DNA of 64,000 nt from Escherichia coli (GCF_002854065.1 NZ_CP024147.1), one strand, 5' to 3'. Positions 12,428 to 24,795 are shown, numbered from the stretch's first letter. Notes: generated by a model from the letters alone, not told the origin. Made by a program: numbers and translations.

Positions 12428-12967
12428 TTAGGATTTATCTTCCTGCGGCATGTGGCGGTAGATATAGATACCGCTTAACAATGTGAAGATTAAGGTAAGG
12501 GCGGTCAGGCCAAAGACTTTAAAGTTGACCCAAATATTTTGCGGCAGCCAGAATGCGATGTAGATGTTTGCCAGACCGCAAAGGATAAAGAAAACAGCCC
12601 AGGCCAGATTCAGCTTCGACCATACCGGTTGCGGTAGCGTGAGTTCTTTACCCAGCATCCGCTGAATTAGCGGCTTTTCCATCACCCATTGGCTGACTAA
12701 CAGGGCTCCCGCAAACAGAGCATAAATGACTGTAACCTTCCATTTAATAAACTCATCATTGTGGAAGAACAGCGTCAAGCCACCGAAGACGACCACCAGA
12801 ACAAAAGTGATCAGGGCCATCTTCTCAACCTTACGAAAGCGAACCCAGCTATAGATAAGCACAATCGCCGTGGCGACGATCAGCGCCGCAGTAGCCGCAT
12901 AGATGTCATAAATCTTGTAAAACGCGAAAAAGACAACCAGCGGTAAAAAATCAAGAAACTGCTTCAT
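12428..12967 (-). CDS. yciB: Intracellular septation protein A, inner membrane (179 aa)
   Basis: Full ORF; multi-TM hydrophobic protein; synteny. Confidence 0.9.
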   Translation of the reverse strand: MKQFLDFLPLVVFFAFYKIYDIYAATAALIVATAIVLIYSWVRFRKVEKMALITFVLVVVFGGLTLFFHNDEFIKWKVTVIYALFAGALLVSQWVMEKPLIQRMLGKELTLPQPVWSKLNLAWAVFFILCGLANIYIAFWLPQNIWVNFKVFGLTALTLIFTLLSGIYIYRHMPQEDKS

Positions 12968-12996
12968 TTTACGATTCCGTAATCAAATGCTTAAGG

Positions 12997-13740
12997 TTAT
13001 TGGCGAATCAACATATACAGACGGAACAGATAGATGAGCAATACGGCTGAAATCAGGTTGCTCAAGGTGTTCGCCAGTACGGCACCAATTTCCGGGGTTA
13101 ATGCGGCAAAAGAAGAGGCAAAAAGCAGCAACAGTGTTTTTGCCAGCAACCAGCTCAGTACTGCGGGTGCCACCAGACGCATATTCGCCCAAGTCAGCCG
13201 CATACTGCTACGCATCGAGGCAAAAATGCCCATTTTGTCCTGTACCAACATCACCGGTGCCAGGGCCAGTAAAATGGCCATGATAATTCCCGGAACGACC
13301 ACTAGCATGATGCCAATCTGTACTAAAAGGGTAGTCAGAAAAATCAGAATAAATAACTTGGGCAATATCGGCGCACTGGCACCAATAGCTCGCAGCGCAC
13401 TGACTCTCTGACCCGCAGACACCAGCTGGATAATTAATATTACGCCTCCGGCGAGAATGGCGTTACCGATTAATCCTGAAAAAGTGGACGCCGCTGAAGC
13501 CTGCAGCAAAATTTGTTGCTGTTCCGGTGACATATTCTGAACCAGGTCGAACAACCCACTACTGCCGCTAACGGGCACGCCGTCATTGAGCTGCGCAAGC
13601 TGTGCATCACTGGGTGAGAAAACATGCCCTAACACCACTGTGATAAACGCACATAGCAACGATACCAACAGAATGGTCATAAATTGATTACGGAAGAAAT
13701 TTCCGGTGTCACGGTATACGGACTGCGCCGTGATAGACAT
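12997..13740 (-). CDS. yciC: UPF0259 inner membrane protein (247 aa)
   Basis: Full ORF; polytopic membrane protein; synteny. Confidence 0.9.
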   Translation of the reverse strand: MSITAQSVYRDTGNFFRNQFMTILLVSLLCAFITVVLGHVFSPSDAQLAQLNDGVPVSGSSGLFDLVQNMSPEQQQILLQASAASTFSGLIGNAILAGGVILIIQLVSAGQRVSALRAIGASAPILPKLFILIFLTTLLVQIGIMLVVVPGIIMAILLALAPVMLVQDKMGIFASMRSSMRLTWANMRLVAPAVLSWLLAKTLLLLFASSFAALTPEIGAVLANTLSNLISAVLLIYLFRLYMLIRQ

Positions 13741-13934
13741 GCACTCTCCTTGAGTTTTATGCAGGTGTTAATTAGCGGGCAATTGTACCCTGGTTAAGCC
13801 TCGGGTGGCAGCATCAGGTCTTGTATGGAAAAGCATATCTTTGTAAAGCGGAGGTAATTGCTGGCCTTCAGGCGTGGGCAAACCGCGGCAAGTGGCGAAC
13901 GAGTTAATATTTGCGTAGCGAAAATATTTAAAAA

Positions 13935-13993
13935 TTGATTTAAATCACGTTAACCAGGATTCTCAATGCAACTTCTAAATTAATCCAGATCAA
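13935..13993 (+). promoter_or_regulatory. Two FNR/CRP-type half-site pairs upstream of ompW (candidate FNR sites)
   Basis: ttgat-ttaa-atcac at 13935-13948 and ttaat-ccag-atcaa at 13980-13993 resemble TTGAT-N4-ATCAA; ompW is known to be FNR-activated. Confidence 0.4.
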
Positions 13994-14096
13994 TAAAGGG
14001 TGAATTATCATATGTAATGTGATCTATGTAGGATCATTTGTTACTCCAATGTAGGTATATTCGTCACGTTTTTATAACCATAACGACGGAGCGGAT

Positions 14097-14735
14097 ATGA
14101 AAAAGTTAACAGTGGCGGCTTTGGCAGTAACAACTCTTCTCTCTGGCAGTGCCTTTGCGCATGAAGCAGGCGAATTTTTTATGCGTGCAGGTTCTGCAAC
14201 CGTACGTCCAACAGAAGGTGCTGGTGGTACGTTAGGAAGTCTGGGTGGATTCAGCGTAACCAATAACACTCAACTGGGCCTGACGTTTACTTATATGGCG
14301 ACCGACAACATTGGTGTGGAATTACTGGCAGCGACGCCGTTCCGCCATAAAATCGGCACCCGGGCGACCGGCGATATTGCAACCGTTCATCATCTGCCGC
14401 CAACACTGATGGCGCAGTGGTATTTTGGTGATGCCAGCAGCAAATTCCGTCCTTATGTTGGGGCAGGTATTAACTACACCACCTTCTTTGATAATGGATT
14501 TAACGATCATGGCAAAGAGGCGGGGCTTTCCGATCTCAGTCTGAAAGATTCCTGGGGAGCTGCCGGGCAGGTGGGGGTTGATTATCTGATTAACCGTGAC
14601 TGGTTGGTTAACATGTCAGTCTGGTACATGGATATCGATACCACCGCCAATTATAAACTGGGCGGTGCACAGCAACATGATAGCGTACGCCTCGATCCGT
14701 GGGTGTTTATGTTCTCAGCAGGATATCGTTTTTAA
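14097..14735 (+). CDS. ompW: Outer membrane protein W (212 aa)
   Basis: Signal peptide MKKLTVAALAVTTLLSGSAFA; 8-strand beta-barrel family; C-terminal aromatic residue. Confidence 0.95.
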   Translation: MKKLTVAALAVTTLLSGSAFAHEAGEFFMRAGSATVRPTEGAGGTLGSLGGFSVTNNTQLGLTFTYMATDNIGVELLAATPFRHKIGTRATGDIATVHHLPPTLMAQWYFGDASSKFRPYVGAGINYTTFFDNGFNDHGKEAGLSDLSLKDSWGAAGQVGVDYLINRDWLVNMSVWYMDIDTTANYKLGGAQQHDSVRLDPWVFMFSAGYRF

Positions 14736-14794
14736 TTCCGCACAAAAACGACCCCGTAATATACGGGGTCAATAAGGACATGGCATAAAGGGTA

Positions 14795-15301
14795 TTATTT
14801 CTTCGCTTCTACGCCATCAGTTTCAGAGCGAATTAAAAATTTCTCAGTTGTTTGCGGAATATGCTGAATCAGCCAGTCGGCCATTTGCTTTTCCTCATTT
14901 AAAATCGCTTCGATGATCGGAACTGAGGCTGTATCACCGGCATTTTTTGCTGCTGCTAATAGTGAAGTATAACAGGCGATTTCAAATTGCTCGAAGACAT
15001 ACCCGCTAATAGAACCTTTGACTATTTCATCAGAAGGGAATATACCACCGATTGACTGCCCAAGCGCAGCCATTTTACTCATGGAATCTTTAATGACTGA
15101 ACGTGAAATGTCATTACGGTCAAGAATAGTTTCCAGTTGAACAATCTGGTTTTTGGTTTCACTAAGATGTTGTTCAATACGAGCGCGTAGTTCAGGATAA
15201 TTATCTATACGGCTGGCCATGGATTCAAGCATAGATTCGGCTTGCTTTTCCATTGCGTGGGCGTCACGTAACCAGTCATGATAATGTTCAATACGATTCA
15301 T
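14795..15301 (-). CDS. yciE: Ferritin-like DUF892 stress protein (168 aa)
   Basis: Full ORF; paralogous to yciF; synteny. Confidence 0.9.
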   Translation of the reverse strand: MNRIEHYHDWLRDAHAMEKQAESMLESMASRIDNYPELRARIEQHLSETKNQIVQLETILDRNDISRSVIKDSMSKMAALGQSIGGIFPSDEIVKGSISGYVFEQFEIACYTSLLAAAKNAGDTASVPIIEAILNEEKQMADWLIQHIPQTTEKFLIRSETDGVEAKK

Positions 15302-15346
15302 GAAAATGTCCTCTTTATAAAATGACTAAAAGTTAAAGTTCATATT

Positions 15347-15847
15347 TCAGGCTTTATTTTCGGCTTTCTTATTTACGTTATTAAGGGCCAGATCAGTCAG
15401 TTTGATGTCGGTGGCCTTTTCTTCTTCCAGGGTTTCTTTCAGAAGCTTCGCTGCTTTACGGTAACCTAATTGTTCAGCCAGCGTCGCTAATGTCCCGTAA
15501 CTGGCAATCTCATAATGCTCGACTTTCTGTGCTGCGGCAATCAGTGCGGCATCACGCACTTCGTTTTTCTCGGTACTTTCGATGACCTCATTAGCTTCTT
15601 CAATAAGACCTTCCATTGCCACACATTTCATGCGCTTAATTTTCAGATTCGATTCTGATTCCACAACTTGATCAATACGTTCAATCTGTCCATGTGTTTC
15701 CTCGAGGTGCGCATGAAAAGCCTGACTTAATTTTTCGTTTGATGTTGCTCTTGCGAGTTTTGCCAGTGCCCGGGTTAATTGTTTTTCTGCGCTGTAGGTA
15801 TCTGAAAGCAGGTGAATAAATACATCTTCAATGGTCTTCATATTCAT
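15347..15847 (-). CDS. yciF: Ferritin-like DUF892 stress protein (166 aa)
   Basis: ORF 15347..15895; start placed at internal ATG (MNMKTIEDVF). Confidence 0.9.
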   Translation of the reverse strand: MNMKTIEDVFIHLLSDTYSAEKQLTRALAKLARATSNEKLSQAFHAHLEETHGQIERIDQVVESESNLKIKRMKCVAMEGLIEEANEVIESTEKNEVRDAALIAAAQKVEHYEIASYGTLATLAEQLGYRKAAKLLKETLEEEKATDIKLTDLALNNVNKKAENKA

Positions 15848-15932
15848 ATTTTTCTCCAGTGGAATCACTGCGAGCCATATGGCCCGCAGATGCAATTATC
15901 TTTATCAGCTGATATTAATAATTAACGGTGAA

Positions 15933-16112
15933 TCAGGATTTACCTGATTTATTACCACTGTTTTGTTGACCGCCTTTTTTACCCGCTTCAGATGCGCGTT
16001 GCGGATCATTTTTAAAATTACCGCCGCTATGCTGACCGCCTTTACGGCCTGCGTCGGATGCCTTCTCACGGTCTTCGGCGAAATTTCCTGAACCACCACG
16101 ATGTTCGGCCAT
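15933..16112 (-). CDS. yciG: Small Gly/Lys-rich stress protein (59 aa)
   Basis: ORF 15933..16169; start placed at MAEHRGGSGNF; repeated GG..KGGQ motifs. Confidence 0.8.
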   Translation of the reverse strand: MAEHRGGSGNFAEDREKASDAGRKGGQHSGGNFKNDPQRASEAGKKGGQQNSGNKSGKS

Positions 16113-16492
16113 GTTATTTCTCCCGTTGCGTTGCATTGTTTCATTAATATGAGTGTTGTGTGTCGACACTCATTAAAATTAGTCGCTAATGAGAATTAGT
16201 CAAATTAAGCGTAACGAGAAGAAAGTGGGAAAATATATTATGAGGAACGTTCTTGATATATTAACAATTGCCTGAGGAATAAGTGACTTAGAGAAAATTA
16301 TTGATTTTACTGGTGTTATGTTGCGGGATTAATTTGTTTGATTATATTACTGTTGGGCGGAAAAATGACGTAAGTTGACGTTCGACAGGGGTAAGCGAAA
16401 CGGTAAAAAGATAAATATTAAATGAATTTAGGATTTTTCCGGCTTCGTTAAAGAAAGTTAAAATGCCGCCAGCGGAACTGGCGGCTGTGGGA

Positions 16493-17299
16493 TTAACTGC
16501 GCGTCGCCGCTTTCATCGGTTGTACAAAAACTTTCAGTGCCGCCAGCATTTTCTCTGGCTCATTAATATGTTGCTCGATGATTTTAACAATGGCTGAACC
16601 AGAAATCGCGCCCGCAGCTCCTGCATCAATCGCTGCTTTTACCTGATCCGGGGCGGAAATACCAAATCCCTGCAATGGAGGTGCAGCGTTGTACTCTTTC
16701 AGCTTCGCAACCAGATGATTGAGGGGTAACGCGGCGCGGTTTTCTGCGCCGGTCACGCCCGCTCGTGACAGCAAATAGGTGTAACCACGACCGTAAGAGG
16801 CTATCTGGCGCAGCAGGTCGTCATCGGCATTTGGCGGGCAGATGAAGATAGGTGCGACATTATGGCGCAACGCGGCCTGGCGGAAGGGCGCGGACTCTTC
16901 AACTGGCACATCGGCAACCAGCACCGAATCGACGCCGACTTTTTCGCACTGGGCATAAAACTCATCAATGCCTTTGTTAAACACCAGATTGGCATACATC
17001 AACAGGCCAATGGGAATGGTCGGGTGTTTCTGGCGAATCAGAGCCAGCATTTCAAAACATTGTGCCGGAATCACACCTGCCGCAAAGGCGCGCAGAGTGG
17101 CGTTTTGAATGGTCGGGCCATCCGCCAGTGGGTCGGAGAAGGGGATACCTAACTCCAGCGCGTCAGCACCGGCTTCAATTAGCGTATCGATAATTTTCAA
17201 TGACTGCTCAATGCCCGGATCCCCGAGCGTGACGAAAGGAACGAATGCGCCTTCTTTGCGCTCCTTCAACTGGGCAAACAGAGATTCGTAGCGTTCCAT
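16493..17299 (-). CDS. trpA: Tryptophan synthase alpha subunit (268 aa)
   Basis: Full [31 protein letters not shown]... Confidence 0.97.
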   Translation of the reverse strand: MERYESLFAQLKERKEGAFVPFVTLGDPGIEQSLKIIDTLIEAGADALELGIPFSDPLADGPTIQNATLRAFAAGVIPAQCFEMLALIRQKHPTIPIGLLMYANLVFNKGIDEFYAQCEKVGVDSVLVADVPVEESAPFRQAALRHNVAPIFICPPNADDDLLRQIASYGRGYTYLLSRAGVTGAENRAALPLNHLVAKLKEYNAAPPLQGFGISAPDQVKAAIDAGAAGAISGSAIVKIIEQHINEPEKMLAALKVFVQPMKAATRS

Positions 17300-18492
17300 C
17301 AGATTTCCCCTCGTGCTTTCAAAATATCGTGAACGGTGAAGATGTCTTTATCGCCGCGACCGGAAAGGTTAACCACCAGTAGCTGCTCTTTTTCCGGGTT
17401 TTCGCGCATCATTTTCAGCGCATGGGCCAGGGCGTGGGAGGATTCCAGCGCCGGGATGATCCCTTCGTGTAGGCACAGCGTCTTGAAGGCTTCAAGGGCT
17501 TCATCATCGGTAATAGACACGTAATCAGCGCGTCCAGTGCTGTTAAGATACGCGTGTTGTGGGCCGACAGACGGGAAATCCAATCCGGCGGAGATGGAGT
17601 AAGATTCTTCAATCTGCCCGTCTTCGGTTTGCATCATCGGCGCTTTCATACCGAAATAAATGCCCACGCGACCATGTTTTAGCGGTGCGCCGTGCTTGCC
17701 AGTTTCGATACCGTGACCACCAGGCTCCACACCAATCAGGCCGACGTCGGTTTCGTTGATGAAATCTGCAAACATACCGATGGCATTCGAACCGCCGCCA
17801 ACACAGGCGATAACGGCATCCGGCAGGCGACCTTCTCTTTCCAGAATCTGCGCTTTGGTTTCTTCGCCAATCATCCGCTGAAACTCACGCACAATGGTCG
17901 GGTAAGGATGCGGGCCAGCCGCGGTGCCCAGCATATAGTGCGCGGTTTCATAACTGCCGGACCAGTCGCGTAGCGCCTCATTACAGGCATCTTTCAGCGT
18001 GGCGGAACTGCTATGTACCGGGATCACTTCCGCACCCATTAAGCGCATACGAAAAACGTTAGGCGACTGGCGTTCAACGTCTTTGGCACCCATATAAATA
18101 CGGCATTTCAGGCCGAGCAGGGCGCTGGCAAGGGCAGACGCCACGCCATGCTGACCGGCACCGGTTTCGGCGATGATTTCGGTTTTACCCATCCGCTTCG
18201 CCAGTAAAGCCTGACCGAGCACCTGGTTAGTTTTATGCGCGCCGCCGTGCAGCAAATCTTCGCGCTTCAGATACAGCGTGGTTTTCGTCCCAGCCGTAAT
18301 GTTCTGGCATTTGGTCAGTGCGGTTGGACGCCCGGCATAGTTTTTCAGTAGGTCGTTGAACTGGGCTTGAAATTCAGGATCTTTTTGCGCGCTGACAAAA
18401 GCTTCTTCCAGCTGGCGCAGAGCAGGCATCAGGATTTGTGGCACGTACATGCCGCCAAACTCACCAAAATAGGGGTTAAGTAATGTTGTCAT
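17299..18492 (-). CDS. trpB: Tryptophan synthase beta subunit (397 aa)
   Basis: Full ORF; PLP-binding Lys region HGGAHKTNQ; stop overlaps trpA start. Confidence 0.97.
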   Translation of the reverse strand: MTTLLNPYFGEFGGMYVPQILMPALRQLEEAFVSAQKDPEFQAQFNDLLKNYAGRPTALTKCQNITAGTKTTLYLKREDLLHGGAHKTNQVLGQALLAKRMGKTEIIAETGAGQHGVASALASALLGLKCRIYMGAKDVERQSPNVFRMRLMGAEVIPVHSSSATLKDACNEALRDWSGSYETAHYMLGTAAGPHPYPTIVREFQRMIGEETKAQILEREGRLPDAVIACVGGGSNAIGMFADFINETDVGLIGVEPGGHGIETGKHGAPLKHGRVGIYFGMKAPMMQTEDGQIEESYSISAGLDFPSVGPQHAYLNSTGRADYVSITDDEALEAFKTLCLHEGIIPALESSHALAHALKMMRENPEKEQLLVVNLSGRGDKDIFTVHDILKARGEI

Positions 18493-18503
18493 TTTTCCTT
18501 TCC

Positions 18504-19865
18504 TTAATATGCGCGCAGCGTCTGGAAAACCGAGGCCAAAAGACGTGCATCTTTGATGCCCGGTTGCGACTCTACAGCAGAATTAAAATCAAGTCCGGCG
18601 CAGCCGGTTTGTGCCGCTTCCACGCAGTTATCTGCGCCTAAGCCCCCCGCCAGCAGAACGTTGCCAAGCGATTGACCGTTTAACAGTGACCAGTCGAAAC
18701 GTTGCCCGCTTCCACCCTGGCCGTTGTCTAAAACATATTTATCAACGTGCTGAAGCTCGCGGGCGGGCAGGGTTTCACCGACGCTTAATGCTTTCCAGAT
18801 GGCAATGTTTGCGGGCAGCGCGCCACGCAATGTGTCGATATATTGTTGATCTTCATTACCATGCAGTTGCACTGCCGCCAGTAATAACACCTTAGCTTTG
18901 TCCAACACATCGCCAATATCGTGATTGCGGAACACGCCAACATACTGCAACGGTGCCGCAGCCATCACTTCCTGCGCCTGTTCAACGTTGACGCAACGTG
19001 GTGATGTCGCAACAAAAATCAACCCACCGTAAATCGCGCCCGCGTCATACGCTGCTTTAGCATCTTGCCCACGCGTCAGGCCACATACTTTATTCTCACC
19101 CAGCAACACCCGACGCACGGCGGCGTGCAAATCGTCATGGGCCATCAACGCCGAACCAATCAGAAAACCGTTAGCGAAGTGGCTTAACTCGCGCACCTGA
19201 GAGTAAGTATTGATGCCGGATTCGCTGATTACCGTCACGTTGTGCCCCAGTTTCGGCGCAAGCTCGCGGGTACGGTTGAGATCAATCGACAAATCACGCA
19301 GATCGCGGTTGTTGATGCCAACGACCTTTGCCCCCAATGCAATGGCGCGCTCCAGCTCCTCTTCATTACTGACTTCGGTCAGCACCCCCATCTCCAGACT
19401 GTGAGCGACGGCTGCAAGCTGGCGATATTGGTCGTCATCCAGTACTGAAAGCATTAATAAGCAGGCATCGGCCTGGTAATAGCGCGCCAGATAGATCTGG
19501 TAAGGGTCGATAATGAAGTCTTTACATAAAATCGGCTGCGGGGCGATTTGGCTGACGATGGGGAGGAAATCAAAGCTCCCCTGAAAATATTTCTCATCAG
19601 TCAGCACCGAAATTGCCGAAGCGTAATGTTTATAAATGGCGGCAATGCGTGCTGGATCGAAATCATCACGGATCACGCCTTTTGACGGCGACGCTTTCTT
19701 GCACTCCAGAATAAACGCCGTGCGCGCACCCTGTAGCGCATCATAAAAATGTCGCGTGCTCGGCTGAACCTCATTCTGAAAACTGGCCAGCGGTTGCTGC
19801 TGTTTGCGGGCTTCTACCCAAATCGCCTTGTCTGCGACGATTTTCGCTAAAACGGTTTGCATCAT
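18504..19865 (-). CDS. trpC: Bifunctional indole-3-glycerol phosphate synthase / phosphoribosylanthranilate isomerase (453 aa)
   Basis: Full [24 protein letters not shown]... Confidence 0.97.
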   Translation of the reverse strand: MMQTVLAKIVADKAIWVEARKQQQPLASFQNEVQPSTRHFYDALQGARTAFILECKKASPSKGVIRDDFDPARIAAIYKHYASAISVLTDEKYFQGSFDFLPIVSQIAPQPILCKDFIIDPYQIYLARYYQADACLLMLSVLDDDQYRQLAAVAHSLEMGVLTEVSNEEELERAIALGAKVVGINNRDLRDLSIDLNRTRELAPKLGHNVTVISESGINTYSQVRELSHFANGFLIGSALMAHDDLHAAVRRVLLGENKVCGLTRGQDAKAAYDAGAIYGGLIFVATSPRCVNVEQAQEVMAAAPLQYVGVFRNHDIGDVLDKAKVLLLAAVQLHGNEDQQYIDTLRGALPANIAIWKALSVGETLPARELQHVDKYVLDNGQGGSGQRFDWSLLNGQSLGNVLLAGGLGADNCVEAAQTGCAGLDFNSAVESQPGIKDARLLASVFQTLRAY

Positions 19866-21461
19866 TTACCCTCGTGCCGCCAGTGCGGTGACTCTGTCGT
19901 AAGCGGAACCACTGCGCAGTACCTCAAGAACGGTTTGCGCATTGGCTTGCAGATCTTCATGGCCATGCAGGCGCATTAACATGGCGACGTTCGCAGCGAC
20001 GGCTGCTTCATGGGCGGCGTCGCCTTTACCTTGTAACAAGCGTGTTAAAATGTCACGGTTTTCTTCCGGTGTTCCGCCTGCCAGTTGCTCCTGGTGGTAG
20101 GGTGTCAGGCCAAAGTCTTCTGCGGTGAGCTGATAGCTCTTAATTTCGCCATCGTGCAGCTCGGCAACGATTGTCGGCGCGTGTAATGAAACTTCATCCA
20201 TCCCGCCGCTGTGCACCACCGCCGCGCGTTGATACCCCAGCACGCGCAAGGTTTCGGCAATCGGCAGCACCAGTTCCGGACTATAAACACCAATTAACGC
20301 CAGCGGCGGATGCGCCGGGTTAATCAATGGCCCCAGCACATTGAACAGGGTGCGGGTTTTCAGTTGCTGGCGAACCGGCATCGCGTGGCGGAATCCGGTG
20401 TGATATTTCGGCGCAAAGAGGAAACATACGCCTAACTCATCCAGCGCCTGGCGCGATTTATCGGCGTTCATATCAAGATTAATACCGAACGCCGCCAGCA
20501 GATCGGACGAACCAGATTTACTGGAGACGCTACGGTTGCCGTGTTTCGCCACTTTCAGCCCACAGGCCGCGGCGACAAACGCACTGGCGGTAGAAATATT
20601 GATACTGTTGCTGCCGTCACCGCCAGTACCGACGATATCAGCAAACAGATAATCCGGGCGCGGGAACGGCGCTGCGTTTTCCAGTAGCGCGGTTGCTGCT
20701 CCGGCGATCTCGTTCGGGTGCTCGCCGCGAATTTTCATGCTCACCAGCGCCGCCGCCAGTTGTTCCGGTTTCAGTTCGCCACGTACCACCGCTGAAAATA
20801 GCTGATGACTTTCCTGCTGGCTAAGGGTCTGCGCCTGATACAGTTTTTCCAGAATCGGTTGCAGCGTGTTGGTTGGCTCTAGTTTCTGCTGCGCCCAGGC
20901 CAGCGTTTGTTCCAGCAGGCGAGCGCCCTGGGTGGTGAGAATGGATTCCGGGTGGAACTGGAATCCGCAAACGCGATCTGCATCGTGACGCACCGCCATC
21001 ACCATGCCATTAAAATGGGCGTTGATGGTTAAACCGGCCGGAATATTACTGCCAACCAGCGAGTGATAACGCGCCACCGGCAATGGGTTTGTTAATCCGG
21101 CAAACATCGCCTGACCGTCATGTTCAATGCTGGAGGCTTTACCGTGAAGAATTTCGCCCGCCTGACCGACATACCCCCCGTAGGCTTCGACAATCGCCTG
21201 ATGACCGAGGCAAATGCCAATAATCGGCAGCTTACCGCGCAAGCGGGTGAGGAGTTCTGGCATACAACCGGCTTCACTCGGCACACCTGGCCCCGGAGAA
21301 AGCATCAGCACCGGATTGCTCATCGTCGCCAGGCGTTCAATTAAGGTTTGCGCCGGAATATGGTTGCGGTAAATCACCACGTTATGCCCATTGCTGCGCA
21401 ACTGATCTGCCAGGTTGTAAGTAAAAGAGTCGATATTATCGAGCAGCAGAATGTCAGCCAT
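19866..21461 (-). CDS. trpD: Anthranilate synthase component II / anthranilate phosphoribosyltransferase (531 aa)
   Basis: ORF 19866..21464; start placed at second Met (MADILLLDN), overlapping the trpE stop in a TGATG arrangement. Confidence 0.95.
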   Translation of the reverse strand: MADILLLDNIDSFTYNLADQLRSNGHNVVIYRNHIPAQTLIERLATMSNPVLMLSPGPGVPSEAGCMPELLTRLRGKLPIIGICLGHQAIVEAYGGYVGQAGEILHGKASSIEHDGQAMFAGLTNPLPVARYHSLVGSNIPAGLTINAHFNGMVMAVRHDADRVCGFQFHPESILTTQGARLLEQTLAWAQQKLEPTNTLQPILEKLYQAQTLSQQESHQLFSAVVRGELKPEQLAAALVSMKIRGEHPNEIAGAATALLENAAPFPRPDYLFADIVGTGGDGSNSINISTASAFVAAACGLKVAKHGNRSVSSKSGSSDLLAAFGINLDMNADKSRQALDELGVCFLFAPKYHTGFRHAMPVRQQLKTRTLFNVLGPLINPAHPPLALIGVYSPELVLPIAETLRVLGYQRAAVVHSGGMDEVSLHAPTIVAELHDGEIKSYQLTAEDFGLTPYHQEQLAGGTPEENRDILTRLLQGKGDAAHEAAVAANVAMLMRLHGHEDLQANAQTVLEVLRSGSAYDRVTALAARG

Positions 21462-23023
21462 CAAAAAGTCTCCTGTGCATGATGCGCGGTGGCGATAGCG
21501 CGCAGTACAGCGCGGGCTTTATTACGGGTTTCGTCGGCTTCCGACTGCGGAACAGAATCAAGGACTACGCCAGCACCGGCTTGCACGGTGGCGATACCGT
21601 TTTCCACCAGCGCCGAGCGGATCACAATGCAGGTGTCGAGATCGCCATGCGCGGTGAAATAACCTACCGCGCCGCCGTAGCTGCCGCGGCGACGACCTTC
21701 CGCCTCGGCAATTAACTGCATAGCACGCACTTTCGGCGCACCGCTTAACGTTCCCATATTCATACAGGCGCGGTAAGCGTGCAGGGCGTCGAGATCGTGG
21801 CGCAGCTCACCGACCACGCGGGAGACCAGGTGCATCACGTAAGAGTAACGGTCAACTTTGGTAAGATCGGCGACGTAGCGGCTGCCGGGGGTGCAAATGC
21901 GTGCCAGATCATTACGGGCGAGATCCACCAGCATCAGATGTTCAGAAAGCTCTTTATGATCGGTACGCATTTCCAGTTCGATGCGGCTGTCGAGGTCTCT
22001 GTCCAGTGAACCATCGGCACGACGACCGCGTGGACGTGTTCCGGCAATCGGGTAGATCTCAATCTGGCGGCTGGTGGCGTCATACTTGAGCGAACTTTCC
22101 GGCGACGCGCCAAACAGGGTGAAATCATTATCCTGCATAAAAAACATGTACGGGCTGGGATTACTCTTTTTCAACACGTAATAGGCCGCCAGCGGTGACG
22201 GGCAGGGCAGCGAGAAACGGCGAGATGGCACGACCTGGAAAATTTCTCCGGCGCGAATCGCTTTTTGCAACAAACGCACTACGCCACCGAACTCTTCATC
22301 GCTCTGGTTACATTCACAACGCATATGCGGCACGGAAACCACCGGCAGCGGCGGCGCGGCTTCGGTCAGTTGCTGACGTAGTTCGTTCAGGCGAGCAGTG
22401 AGACGTTGTTTTTCTTCTTCATTCGGAGCAAACAGGCTGGCCTGAATACGGGTGCTTTTTTTCTGATGGTCAATCACCATCAGAGTTTCAGCGAGATAAA
22501 AACAGAAATCAGGGCAGTTATTTTCCGCTGACAGTTGCGGTAAATCTTCAAACCCCGCCACAAGGTCATAAGAGAACAGGCCGCCGAAGAACATGGCTTC
22601 TCGTTCTTCCTTCGGTACATTCAACAGATTCTGCAATAAGCGGAAAGCGTCAAAAACCGAAAGGGAGCATAAGCGAGCGTCTTCATCCAGCAGTGGACTA
22701 ACAGGGGGGAAGAGCAGCACACGGCAGTTTGGTAATTGTTCATTTTCCACACCCGCAGGCAGGGCGTTATCCAGTAGTGTCAGCAGGGCTTCGCCGTTGC
22801 CGGAAAGGGACTGGATTGTGACAGTGTCACCTAAAGCTGTAATGCGCAGCGCACTGTCTACCAGCAGCAGGCTTTTTAAATCATCTTTGCTGTCGATATC
22901 TGCGGATTCCAGCAGCAGCGTTGCCGGACGATCCCCACACAACTGGTGAAAAAGCGCGGTGGGATTGTCGCGATAAGCGCCTTCGCAGGTTAGCAGTTCG
23001 AGAGTCGGTTTTTGTGTTTGCAT
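21461..23023 (-). CDS. trpE: Anthranilate synthase component I (520 aa)
   Basis: Full [46 protein letters not shown]... Confidence 0.97.
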   Translation of the reverse strand: MQTQKPTLELLTCEGAYRDNPTALFHQLCGDRPATLLLESADIDSKDDLKSLLLVDSALRITALGDTVTIQSLSGNGEALLTLLDNALPAGVENEQLPNCRVLLFPPVSPLLDEDARLCSLSVFDAFRLLQNLLNVPKEEREAMFFGGLFSYDLVAGFEDLPQLSAENNCPDFCFYLAETLMVIDHQKKSTRIQASLFAPNEEEKQRLTARLNELRQQLTEAAPPLPVVSVPHMRCECNQSDEEFGGVVRLLQKAIRAGEIFQVVPSRRFSLPCPSPLAAYYVLKKSNPSPYMFFMQDNDFTLFGASPESSLKYDATSRQIEIYPIAGTRPRGRRADGSLDRDLDSRIELEMRTDHKELSEHLMLVDLARNDLARICTPGSRYVADLTKVDRYSYVMHLVSRVVGELRHDLDALHAYRACMNMGTLSGAPKVRAMQLIAEAEGRRRGSYGGAVGYFTAHGDLDTCIVIRSALVENGIATVQAGAGVVLDSVPQSEADETRNKARAVLRAIATAHHAQETF

Positions 23024-23044
23024 TGTTATTCTCTAATTTTGTTC

Positions 23045-23072
23045 AAAAAAAAGCCCGCTCATTAGGCGGGCT
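23045..23072 (-). terminator. trp attenuator (3:4 terminator hairpin plus U-tract)
   Basis: Minus strand reads agcccgcctaatgagcgggc followed by tttttttt, between trpL and trpE. Confidence 0.9.
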
Positions 23073-23114
23073 GGGTATCTGATTGCTTTACGCATGGTGA
23101 ATACACTGCCCGTT

Positions 23115-23159
23115 TCAGGAAGTGCGCCACCAACCTTTCAGTACGAAAATTGCTTTCAT
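23115..23159 (-). CDS. trpL: trp operon leader peptide (14 aa, [14 protein letters not shown])
   Basis: Minus-strand ATG AAA GCA ATT TTC GTA CTG AAA GGT TGG TGG CGC ACT TCC TGA with tandem Trp codons. Confidence 0.9.
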
Positions 23160-23179
23160 TGTCGATACCCTTTTTACGT

Positions 23180-23221
23180 GAACTTGCGTACTAGTTAACT
23201 GGTTCGATGATTAATTGTCAA
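23180..23221 (-). promoter_or_regulatory. trp promoter (-35 TTGACA, -10 TTAACT) with overlapping TrpR operator
   Basis: Minus strand reads ttgacaattaatcatcgaaccagttaactagtacgcaagttcacg; the operator differs by one base from the K-12 dyad as I remember it (see findings). Confidence 0.85.
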
Positions 23222-23296
23222 CAGCTCATTTCAGAATATTTGCCAGAACCGTTATGATGTCGGCGCAAAAAACATTATCCAGAACGGGAGTGCGCC

Positions 23297-24178
23297 TTGA
23301 GCGACACGAATTACGCAGTGATTTACGACCTGCACAGCCATACCACAGCTTCCGATGGCTGCCTGACGCCAGAAGCATTGGTGCACCGTGCAGTCGAGAT
23401 GCGCGTCGGCACCCTGGCGATCACCGACCATGACACCACAGCTGCAATCGCGCCAGCAAGAGAGGAAATTTCACGTTCGGGACTGGCGCTGAATCTTATT
23501 CCCGGCGTGGAAATTTCCACGGTCTGGGAAAATCATGAAATTCATATTGTCGGGCTGAATATTGATATTACTCATCTGCTAATGTGTGAGTTCCTCGCGC
23601 AGCAGACAGAACGGCGCAATCAGCGGGCGCAGCTCATTGCCGAAAGACTTGAAAAAGCGCAAATACCTGGGGCGCTGGAAGGCGCACAACGACTGGCGCA
23701 GGGCGGCGCAGTGACGCGCGGTCATTTTGCGCGTTTCCTTGTTGAGTGCGGCAAAGCCAGTTCAATGGCGGATGTCTTTAAAAAGTATCTGGCGCGCGGG
23801 AAAACCGGATACGTTCCGCCACAGTGGTGTACAATAGAACAAGCTATTGATGTCATTCATCATTCTGGCGGTAAGGCGGTGCTAGCTCATCCTGGGCGGT
23901 ACAATCTTAGTGCTAAATGGCTGAAAAGATTGGTTGCGCATTTTGCCGAACACGACGGCGACGCGATGGAAGTCGCGCAGTGCCAGCAATCGCCCAATGA
24001 ACGCACCCAGCTGGCGACACTTGCGCGTCAGCATCATTTATGGGCATCACAAGGATCTGATTTTCATCAGCCATGCCCGTGGATCGAACTGGGTCGTAAA
24101 CTCTGGCTGCCCGCAGGCGTTGAAGGCGTCTGGCAGCTATGGGAACAGCCGCAGAACACCACAGAGAGGGAATTATGA
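23297..24178 (+). CDS. trpH: PHP-domain protein TrpH/YciV, 5'-3' exoribonuclease Rnm (293 aa)
   Basis: ORF begins at TTG 23297 (MSDTNYAVIYDLHSHTTASDG); PHP motif HSHT; start codon choice is uncertain. Confidence 0.85.
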   Translation: MSDTNYAVIYDLHSHTTASDGCLTPEALVHRAVEMRVGTLAITDHDTTAAIAPAREEISRSGLALNLIPGVEISTVWENHEIHIVGLNIDITHLLMCEFLAQQTERRNQRAQLIAERLEKAQIPGALEGAQRLAQGGAVTRGHFARFLVECGKASSMADVFKKYLARGKTGYVPPQWCTIEQAIDVIHHSGGKAVLAHPGRYNLSAKWLKRLVAHFAEHDGDAMEVAQCQQSPNERTQLATLARQHHLWASQGSDFHQPCPWIELGRKLWLPAGVEGVWQLWEQPQNTTEREL

Positions 24179-24795
24179 GCCAGTTTTTTTATATTCATCC
24201 TGATAACCCACAGCAACGTCTGATCAACCAGGCGGTGGAGATCGTGCGTAAAGGCGGGGTGATTGTTTATCCAACTGATTCCGGCTATGCGCTCGGCTGT
24301 AAAATTGAAGATAAAAACGCCATGGAGCGTATTTGTCGTATTCGCCAGCTGCCGGACGGTCACAACTTTACCCTGATGTGTCGCGATCTTTCTGAACTCT
24401 CGACCTATTCATTTGTCGATAACGTTGCGTTTCGTTTAATGAAAAACAACACGCCGGGCAACTATACCTTCATCCTGAAGGGGACGAAGGAAGTGCCGCG
24501 CCGTCTGTTGCAGGAAAAACGCAAAACCATCGGTATGCGTGTGCCTTCTAACCCGATTGCGCAGGCGTTGCTTGAAGCACTGGGCGAACCGATGCTTTCC
24601 ACTTCGCTAATGCTGCCAGGCAGCGAATTTACCGAATCCGATCCCGAAGAAATTAAAGACCGTCTGGAAAAACAGGTAGATTTGATTATTCACGGCGGCT
24701 ATCTCGGGCAGAAACCAACAACGGTTATTGATCTTACCGATGATACGCCGGTCGTGGTGCGTGAAGGCGTAGGTGATGTGAAGCCTTTCTTATAA
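24175..24795 (+). CDS. yciO: YrdC/Sua5-family dsRNA-binding protein (206 aa)
   Basis: ORF 24139..24795; start placed at ATG 24175 (MSQFFYIHPDNPQQRLINQ), overlapping the trpH stop. Confidence 0.9.
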   Translation: MSQFFYIHPDNPQQRLINQAVEIVRKGGVIVYPTDSGYALGCKIEDKNAMERICRIRQLPDGHNFTLMCRDLSELSTYSFVDNVAFRLMKNNTPGNYTFILKGTKEVPRRLLQEKRKTIGMRVPSNPIAQALLEALGEPMLSTSLMLPGSEFTESDPEEIKDRLEKQVDLIIHGGYLGQKPTTVIDLTDDTPVVVREGVGDVKPFL

